This document shows positions 25,834-32,000 of a stretch of 32,000 nucleotides of DNA, one piece after another. The first letter of the stretch is position 1. Each line of letters starts with the position of its first letter. The position numbers and the translations under genes were made by a program. Source of the DNA: Candidatus Saccharimonadota bacterium (GTDB taxonomy: Archaea > Micrarchaeota > Micrarchaeia > Micrarchaeales > Micrarchaeaceae). Below the pieces are notes generated by a model. That model ran no database searches. It had not been told where the DNA came from and worked only from the letters and a program-made list of their open reading frames with translations. The DNA lies in contig OY970071.1 of the NCBI GenBank assembly GCA_963705375.1, positions 420,001-452,000 on the forward strand. Reading direction: 5' to 3'.

Positions 25834-26220
25834 CTAACCGCATTGAGATGCAATAGAGGTGTTGCTGGTTATGACGCCCATGATCCATGGAGCTATCATC
25901 GCAAGCACGACGCCGGCAATCCCTCCGGTTATCATGCCCATGCCGTAGCCCTGGATCTGTCCCTTGAGGTTTCCTGGAGCTATGTTGCCGCCAGCATACA
26001 GCATGGCGCCCAGAACAAGAAGCGTAAGGCCGAGCACATACACTGCGGTGTGCACGATGCTGTACACCGCGCATATAGGAGCGAGCACGTTGGCAAGGCC
26101 CGACGTCGCCGCTACAGGCACCAGAGCGCACACATATCCGAGGAACATTGCAAACATTATGGTAAACTTGAAGTACATCCCGTACTTCTGCATCGCCAAT
26201 AGGATTTTGCTTGGATTCAT
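25834..26220 (-). CDS. Small two-helix membrane protein, candidate VirB2/TrbC/CedA1-like conjugative-type pilin
   Basis: 128 aa. It has a long leader with a hydrophobic core ending ALVPVAA-TSG. Two Gly/Ala-rich hydrophobic helices follow (VYVLGLTLLVLGAMLYAGG and GMGMITGGIAGVVLAMIAPWIMGVI), joined by a short loop containing a basic residue (NIAPGNLKGQ). It has its own promoter region and terminator. Confidence 0.5.
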   Translation of the reverse strand: MNPSKILLAMQKYGMYFKFTIMFAMFLGYVCALVPVAATSGLANVLAPICAVYSIVHTAVYVLGLTLLVLGAMLYAGGNIAPGNLKGQIQGYGMGMITGGIAGVVLAMIAPWIMGVITSNTSIASQCG

Positions 26221-26266
26221 TTTATGCGCCCGTACTTAAAACAGTAGGAATATTGCATGCACAATG

Positions 26267-26274
26267 TTTAAATA
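26267..26274. promoter_or_regulatory. Near-palindromic TATA element TTTAAATA in the 60-bp divergent intergenic region
   Basis: tttaaata at 26267-26274 lies between divergent starts at 26220 (minus) and 26281/26344 (plus). A second AT-rich element, GAATATTG, is at ~26248-26255. Confidence 0.4.
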
Positions 26275-26280
26275 ACTATC

Positions 26281-27555
26281 ATGCGTCTAACCCCAAGGCA
26301 AACAATATATATTAAGCGTGTCAAAACAGAATATGGTGGTTGGATGCTGCAAATAATGCTGAGTTTCGGCGCATTGTACACGTTCATACCGATAATAATA
26401 ATCGTCATACTCATAGCGGCCGCGGCAGGATTGAGCAGGGGATGGGACATATTCACGCTCTTCGGCTTCGAGGCCATAACCAACATGGCAAGGGGCGGCG
26501 GCAGGGGCGCAGGCAAGGGCATGAGGGCAGGAGGATACACGGCAGGTTCGTCAGCGGCAATCACGTTCAGGTCGAGGGTGCCTGCTCCTATGAAGTCTCC
26601 TGGAAAGGGAGCGGCAGGCACACTCGGAGCAAAATTGGGACAACCTATAAAAAGGAAATATCAGAATTGGAGAGCAACAAGGGCAGAAGCGCAAGTAGCG
26701 GCAGGAAAGAAAGGTAGGATTACTGGGAAACCGGCACAACTATACGCACCCAGACAGGGGACATTCAGACATCGAATAGGGGGCAAGGCACCAAAGGAGC
26801 TCACGATTATTAAGTCTCCGGCCGACGTAAAGGCACCAGCAGGGCTTTCTAAGAAGAGCACAGCATTGCATCAAGAACTAGGGTATCTCAATCCCGGAGC
26901 AGGAAAAACATCAACATCAGGAGAGTACTTGCAAAAGGGAGGTGATAAAGCAACTAGGGACTACCTTCGCAGCCACAAGGAAGATTACAGGCAGTACAGG
27001 GCAGAAATCAGGGCAGCCCAGAACATAAAATATGGAAAAACAGCATCGTATGCAAATATGGCAATATATGCAGCGATGCAAAAACAGATGGGAAACAGTC
27101 CAAAACTAAAAGGCACTCTGCCTCCAAGTCCATTTGGAAGTAATACTCCAGGGCGCATGGCAAGGGCAAAGTTTGTGTTAAAAACACTGAAGAATGCCGG
27201 ATTTAAGAATGTAGTTAAGGCAGAATGGGGTGCGGAAAAACAATTTTACAGAAAGGCATATGGGAAGACTGCACACACGCGAGGCATCACATATACCAAA
27301 AGCAGATTGACTAACTGGCTGCCCACCCAGAAAAAGACGATAGACAATCTAATGATAAAAGATCCGCTCAATATGCTGCATGCACGAGAAGAATTTCTCA
27401 AGGATCTCAGGGTAAAGTGGAACATTGCTCCTGACGCTAAGCTTGAGGTTTTGGACTTGACACACCATCAAGCGACGAAACTCATAAAATACATGAAGAA
27501 TTACACTGCAACCAAGAAGTCCCGGAACCAGCTTATTGGGGCGTTAAAGCCGTAG
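26281..27555 (+). CDS. Membrane-anchored, extremely basic Lys/Arg/Gly-rich protein (function unknown)
   Basis: 424-aa ORF with ATG at 26281 and an alternative ATG at 26344. It has a single TM (LSFGALYTFIPIIIIVILIAAAAGL). Low-complexity basic sequence follows (ARGGGRGAGKGMRAGG, KSPGKGAAGTLGAKLGQPIKRKYQNWRATR), then a K/R/Y-rich C-terminal half. Confidence 0.75.
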   Translation: MRLTPRQTIYIKRVKTEYGGWMLQIMLSFGALYTFIPIIIIVILIAAAAGLSRGWDIFTLFGFEAITNMARGGGRGAGKGMRAGGYTAGSSAAITFRSRVPAPMKSPGKGAAGTLGAKLGQPIKRKYQNWRATRAEAQVAAGKKGRITGKPAQLYAPRQGTFRHRIGGKAPKELTIIKSPADVKAPAGLSKKSTALHQELGYLNPGAGKTSTSGEYLQKGGDKATRDYLRSHKEDYRQYRAEIRAAQNIKYGKTASYANMAIYAAMQKQMGNSPKLKGTLPPSPFGSNTPGRMARAKFVLKTLKNAGFKNVVKAEWGAEKQFYRKAYGKTAHTRGITYTKSRLTNWLPTQKKTIDNLMIKDPLNMLHAREEFLKDLRVKWNIAPDAKLEVLDLTHHQATKLIKYMKNYTATKKSRNQLIGALKP

Positions 27556-27767
27556 CAAAGACTGCCAGAAAAACCAGTAAAGCGTTTGCGCAGTCACAGA
27601 TATTGGCCTATGAGAAAACGCCAAGAACGTGCGCACAGAACGCATCAGAGATTGCGATTTCTTCCAACGTCTAGCCAAAAGTTCCGACACACAACCATAG
27701 TGCGCAACAAAAATATGCAAGCGTTTTATATTCTTTTTGTTTCTTATACTGCATTAATGGTGAATTT

Positions 27768-27983
27768 GTGGCACTAATCGACAGCCTAGGCATAACGATC
27801 GACAGCTTGATAGGGAAGCTCCACAGCATGCTTGCGAACTTCGCAAGCGACATCGAGGACATGATCGAAGAGAACGAGGCAGTCACTGTAGACGACATTC
27901 CGCACTCTGAGGGAGAAGATACAAGAGCGGCTCGACAGGAACGAGGAGATAACAGACAACCAGAAGCTCCTCACGATGCTTGA
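27768..27983 (+). CDS. Small acidic protein, or 5' part of a frameshifted ~134-aa coiled-coil gene
   Basis: GTG start 13-40 nt downstream of a TTTTATAT element (~27724-27731). The sequence reads ALIDSLGITIDSLIGKLHSMLANFASDIEDMIEENEAVTVDDI, followed by a low-complexity tail. Confidence 0.45.
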   Translation: MALIDSLGITIDSLIGKLHSMLANFASDIEDMIEENEAVTVDDIPHSEGEDTRAARQERGDNRQPEAPHDA

Positions 27984-28173
27984 CCTTTTTGCAACTGACA
28001 AGGCAGTGCTTGAGATAATACGCGAAGACGCAGACGAATGGATCCAACTCCTGGAGAGCATAGAGAACAACATAAAAGGGGGCTCAGGAGAGATAACCCC
28101 AAAAGAAGAGGAAGAGATAAAGCAGATAGGCAAGCTGACCTCGGAGATAAAAACGCTCATAAGAAAAGACTGA
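27976..28173 (+). CDS. Small acidic coiled-coil protein, or 3' part of a frameshifted gene
   Basis: The sequence is MLDLFATDKAVLEIIREDADEWIQLLESIENNIKGGSGEITPKEEEEIKQIGKLTSEIKTLIRKD. This frame is already open from 27892. Confidence 0.5.
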   Translation: MLDLFATDKAVLEIIREDADEWIQLLESIENNIKGGSGEITPKEEEEIKQIGKLTSEIKTLIRKD

Positions 28174-28205
28174 GCGTTTCTAGCCCTAAGACGGCATGAC
28201 GCCTG

Positions 28206-31200
28206 TCATGGCTTTGTTGCAGTCAATGGATTTACAGGTGCATACTTGCTGAGATTGACCGCAGGTGCCGGAGTCGGACCATACAATCCACTGAGAATTC
28301 TTCCGAGCTTGTCAAAATCAACCGCAGAACCACCAAAGGCAGTAAGATGCTGGACTGCATTGTCTGCAGTGACTGGGCCAAGGGCGCTATATGCTTCGGC
28401 GAGCTTGGTCACACCAGGCACAAATCCTGCGAGGGCAGGTTGACCTGCTTCAATGAGCGCAGCTGTGACTTTCAGCGCGTCGTCCACATGTTTCACTAGC
28501 GCCAGCCCCAAAGGAGTGTTGACATGACTAGACGCATAGGTTGCCATTCCGACAAGATTGGCATGGTAGTTCGGATATGCTTCATCAAGCGCCTGTATTG
28601 CAGTCGCATTGTCCGCAATAAAGGCCTTAACTTCGTCCATGTGTATTGCGGCCACGGTTGTAGGCGTCACAGCGTGGAGATGGTCAAGACAGTCTTTCCA
28701 TCTTTGTTTAGTAGCTGCAGGAGCAGCTGCATATGCCTCTTGAAGCGCAGCCTTTTCAGGCCCGTGCCAGAAGGTCTTCTTCGCCAACTCGGTCTGCTCA
28801 TGGACAATATCAAGCGTGGGACTCGGCCTGTTCGTTTGTGTTATATTACGCCTAGCAGTAGTTTCGGGATGCATCAAAGGCCCAGCATTGGGCATACCTG
28901 CCAGAAGCTCTAGCGCCCTAACAACACCACCGCTGCCCGCTTTCTGGATTATGTTGATGTCGAAGAGCTTGGCAGAACATTGACCAAGCCGATCCATAAT
29001 CTGTGCCAAGGTCAGATCTTCTTCGTGCTTGTCAGCATAGCTTACAGTATATGTGATAGTAAGAGTTGTGTCCACAAAGGTATCAATTAGAGCAGATGCT
29101 GCCGTTACGGTAGCACCAACATTAGGAAGGCCCTTCTTTTCTATAGAGGCGAGCTCGTTTAGTTTTGCACGTAGCGCTCCGAAGTCGCCGTGCCTGCCGG
29201 CAAGCTGAGTGCCTTTGATGCTTGAGCCAAGCACCTCCTCCAAAGTAGCAGCGTACGCTTTGACCAGTTTGTATTGTTCGGCAGCCTCACCAGACAGAGT
29301 CCTGGCAAATGAAGCCAAATTGGGGTTTGGTTGTCCTTTTTGCACTTGCAGGCGTGATAGGATATCTTCATGACCGGCCTTGCAACCATGGTCATAGCTG
29401 TCAGCATTATCGTCAGTTTTGTTTTCTATCAGAGAAAGCAGAGCTCCAGACAATTTGTCTGCCGCATTTATACGCACCAGGAGCGCCTGTGCCTGGGTAG
29501 TGTACTCAGATTCTGCGTCACGTAACGCGTCACGTGCCGCTGAGACCTCTGCCATTGCGTCACGCACAGCCTGAACAGCCGCATTATTGGCAGACAACAG
29601 CTCCTGCTTAGCATCTCGTAGAACAGCAGGTAAGTCCAAGGTATTATCACCATCTCGTATTGTGCGGAATGTATTTAGAGCTTCCAGCTGCAGTTCAACC
29701 TTCGCCTTTTGAGGAGCGGTGGTGTTCGGATCGTCACGTTTTGTAGTGAGGTTTTTAACAAGATTATCTGTGCCAAGGCCAAGAGCATAAGAGGCTGTTG
29801 CGGAGTTAAACGGTGCGCGGTTCATCAAATCAAAAATAAATGCATCAAATACGGCTCGTGCGTGTTTAATTTCGGTCCTTTTGGCATCTTCTGCTGCCAG
29901 TTTCGCATCCAAGTCACTTTCCAGAGCAGGTATATGAAGTGTAATATCGTGCAGTTCAGTTAATTGGGCATCTCTGTCGCCCTTTAAAATTTCCTGTCCA
30001 CGATTAGAAAGCCTTTCGACAGTTTTCGCTGCTGATTCAGCTGCCGTCATTCCGAGTATAGTGGCCTCATTGGCGTTGGATTTTGAGTATGGTATTTGCA
30101 TAATATCACGTAGATTGTTAAGTGTTTTAGATATATATTCTTTTGCTTTGTGATATGGAAGCCTATTTATATCTTCCGGTACTGGCAGGATACTGAGGTC
30201 GACGAGAACCGGTTCGTTTTCGGGGATTGACGGGATTCCGGGCTCGGCACGAATCGGCACGCGGCTTATGCCCAACAGGGCAGCGACCGGGGCATCGTGC
30301 TCGTTTCCATCAAGGGCCTGCACCGTCTCGACAGGCACAGGCGCTCCTTTCACAGGCAAGAGCTGTTTCAGGCTTTCCAGTTTGTCGGCGCAGTAGCTTA
30401 TCTTGTCCGAGTGAGAGTCCAGCATTTCAGGATTATCCAGGGAATGCGTGGTCTTTTTGTCCAGCGAAGCGGCAAGCGCCTCCAGATCGTTTTGCAGCGA
30501 ATCCACCTGAGGGGCCAACAAGGAGCGGTCGTCTCCAGCATTCAGACCGTCAGCAATACTGTCAATCACAGCAATCACTTGCTGCAGGCTGGAATCGTCC
30601 TCGCCGTCCAGCTTTCCGTTAAACGTGGCAAGGATGCTCTTCACGTTATTCAGCAGATCCATCGGGTCTTTCGGCGGCGCAGAGCGCAAAAGGGCGTCAA
30701 GCGCGTCGACCTGCTCGTCCGATCTGTAATCTTCATCATCACAACCCACAGACTCCGGATCGGCATCGGACGGAACACCGCCTTCGGTCCCGCCCTTAAA
30801 CACGTCGATCAAAGGCCCAAGCATCTCCGTGGCGGCATCCACCACATAAGCAGCATCAGGATCGCACAGTCCGAGCGAATTACTTAATGGAACCAGCAGT
30901 AAAAATACAGAATTCAGTTGCGGATACAGCACCGCGCCATCGTCTTCTGTATCAAGCGTTGTTGAAAGTGCGTCTAGCGCACCAAGCACGGTTTGCAATC
31001 CCGATATGTCTGGGATGTTGGGATTTGCAAGAAGGCCTGACAGAACATCGCGGGCTGATGACAGCACGTCTTTTGGCGCTTTTTCAGAGAAAGGCACAGG
31101 CTCATTGAGCGCCTCTAGCGCAACCGGCGAGAGGACCAGAGGAAGTTGAAGCGGAGAAGATAGCCCCTGTTCGAGTGCCTTTGCCTTGAGTTCCGCATCT

Positions 31201-32000
31201 TTCACTGCCTTCTGATTGCTTGATGACTCTGCAGTCACCCTTGCAAACTCATTCCACGCAAAGGCAGCCGCATCAAGCGCTTCTGCCTTTACCATTGCCT
31301 CTGCAGGCTGGTCTTCAGCCATAGAATCGACATATCCCTGAAGCACGGGCACGGTCTGACGCACCCTCTCCACCACGTCCACCTCATAAAATTCGGCGTT
31401 CCACTTCTCGTTCGCTGCAATTGCCGCGGCCTTCGCCACTTCTTCTTGCCACTCTAGCTGCGCTACCAACTCGGGATCGGAATTCTCGTCAGCCCGTGCA
31501 TTCTCGAGAGCCGCAGTCGCATCTTCTGCCGCATGGGCCGCTTTCTCCGCAGGTTCTTTGTGGGTCAGGGCCCTATCAACGAAGGCAGATGATACATCAA
31601 CTGACGCACGCACTTCCTCGAATGCAGACTCCTGCCGCTCTTTTGCCGATGCACGCATGGCTTCCTTCTCAGCCTGCAACTGCTCTAATGCGGATATTTT
31701 CGGGATAACCTCTTCGTCTAATTCGGTAGACGCTGCCAATGCCTTTTTTGCACGGGCCTCTGCCTCGCCGCCAGTCTTGAATGCGGCATCTGCCGCATCA
31801 CTCTGCACATCTTCTGGTGCCCGTCCGGCTTCAGCTACGACGTCTAGCGCATGAGCCGTTGCCGTTAATGCCGCACTTATGACCATGAACGAGGTAGTCG
31901 CCACATGCAATACATTCTCGGCAGCATCCAATGTCGCAGCAGCTTCTTTTTCCCGCAGACCTGCAGCCTTCGATGACGCGCCTGCTGCACGGGCCAGCGC
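28206..32000 (-). CDS. Giant acidic, Ala-rich, predicted all-alpha protein (>1264 aa; 5' end beyond right edge), function unknown
   Basis: The frame is open from the stop at 28206 to the window edge. The track start at 31931 is only the first TTG and no upstream stop is seen. The visible part has no TM helix and no signal peptide. It is rich in A, D, E and L, with helical segments such as AVRDAMAEVSAARDALRDAESEYTTQAQALL. No catalytic motif was recognised. Confidence 0.85.
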   Translation of the reverse strand, partial: ALARAAGASSKAAGLREKEAAATLDAAENVLHVATTSFMVISAALTATAHALDVVAEAGRAPEDVQSDAADAAFKTGGEAEARAKKALAASTELDEEVIPKISALEQLQAEKEAMRASAKERQESAFEEVRASVDVSSAFVDRALTHKEPAEKAAHAAEDATAALENARADENSDPELVAQLEWQEEVAKAAAIAANEKWNAEFYEVDVVERVRQTVPVLQGYVDSMAEDQPAEAMVKAEALDAAAFAWNEFARVTAESSSNQKAVKDAELKAKALEQGLSSPLQLPLVLSPVALEALNEPVPFSEKAPKDVLSSARDVLSGLLANPNIPDISGLQTVLGALDALSTTLDTEDDGAVLYPQLNSVFLLLVPLSNSLGLCDPDAAYVVDAATEMLGPLIDVFKGGTEGGVPSDADPESVGCDDEDYRSDEQVDALDALLRSAPPKDPMDLLNNVKSILATFNGKLDGEDDSSLQQVIAVIDSIADGLNAGDDRSLLAPQVDSLQNDLEALAASLDKKTTHSLDNPEMLDSHSDKISYCADKLESLKQLLPVKGAPVPVETVQALDGNEHDAPVAALLGISRVPIRAEPGIPSIPENEPVLVDLSILPVPEDINRLPYHKAKEYISKTLNNLRDIMQIPYSKSNANEATILGMTAAESAAKTVERLSNRGQEILKGDRDAQLTELHDITLHIPALESDLDAKLAAEDAKRTEIKHARAVFDAFIFDLMNRAPFNSATASYALGLGTDNLVKNLTTKRDDPNTTAPQKAKVELQLEALNTFRTIRDGDNTLDLPAVLRDAKQELLSANNAAVQAVRDAMAEVSAARDALRDAESEYTTQAQALLVRINAADKLSGALLSLIENKTDDNADSYDHGCKAGHEDILSRLQVQKGQPNPNLASFARTLSGEAAEQYKLVKAYAATLEEVLGSSIKGTQLAGRHGDFGALRAKLNELASIEKKGLPNVGATVTAASALIDTFVDTTLTITYTVSYADKHEEDLTLAQIMDRLGQCSAKLFDINIIQKAGSGGVVRALELLAGMPNAGPLMHPETTARRNITQTNRPSPTLDIVHEQTELAKKTFWHGPEKAALQEAYAAAPAATKQRWKDCLDHLHAVTPTTVAAIHMDEVKAFIADNATAIQALDEAYPNYHANLVGMATYASSHVNTPLGLALVKHVDDALKVTAALIEAGQPALAGFVPGVTKLAEAYSALGPVTADNAVQHLTAFGGSAVDFDKLGRILSGLYGPTPAPAVNLSKYAPVNPLTATKP

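Noticed and set aside
26268-26861. Minus-strand ORFs (117, 62 and 66 aa) opposite the 5' part of the basic-protein gene
   Set aside because: They are Pro/Ala-rich antisense translations of the Gly/Arg/Lys-coding low-complexity region, with no independent support.
6441-32000. Calling the whole accessory region an integrated conjugative element or provirus
   Set aside because: I recognised no integrase, relaxase, replication gene, capsid or terminase gene, tRNA target, or flanking direct repeats in the window. GC content looks broadly similar to the housekeeping part. Mobility therefore cannot be supported from this sequence alone.

Overview
Archaeal chromosome segment, judged from Topo VI subunit B, an aDim2-type KH protein, TATA-box and leaderless-style promoters, roughly 50% GC and very tight gene packing. 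The lineage guess is a small-genome acidophile such as a Micrarchaeota- or Thermoplasmatota-like organism; this is unverified. The left end holds two secreted, sequon-rich surface proteins: one built of Ig-like repeats, and one with a six-blade Kelch-like propeller, a Thr-rich stalk and a C-terminal anchor. The housekeeping KH-protein and top6B genes follow. From about 6.4 kb to the right edge everything is accessory or uncharacterised, starting with a 3-gene membrane operon and a vapBC pair with a palindromic operator. The main point of interest is a ~15.5 kb minus-strand block (10738-26220). Its first part is a VirB4/HerA-class ATPase operon that also encodes a Zn-ribbon membrane protein and a small helical protein homologous to the ATPase C-terminus. 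Its second part is a tightly coupled membrane-protein operon with six tandem paralogous polytopic proteins sharing an R-[ST]-x-P-F-T-R-x-x-G-G motif; two of these carry Cys-rich, Ig-like or Ser/Thr-linker ectodomains. That operon also has two paralogous TM-hairpin plus soluble-domain proteins and a 128-aa VirB2/TrbC-like two-helix pilin candidate followed by a hairpin terminator. I interpret the block as a candidate, apparently undescribed, conjugation-pilus / Ced-Ted-like (T4SS-related) archaeal cell-surface machine. On its right it is flanked by a membrane-anchored, extremely basic protein, a possibly frameshifted acidic coiled-coil gene, and an acidic all-helical orphan protein of more than 1260 aa that runs off the right edge. 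I recognised no rRNA, tRNA, CRISPR, IS element or integrase. All family assignments come from reading motifs by eye; no database search was run.
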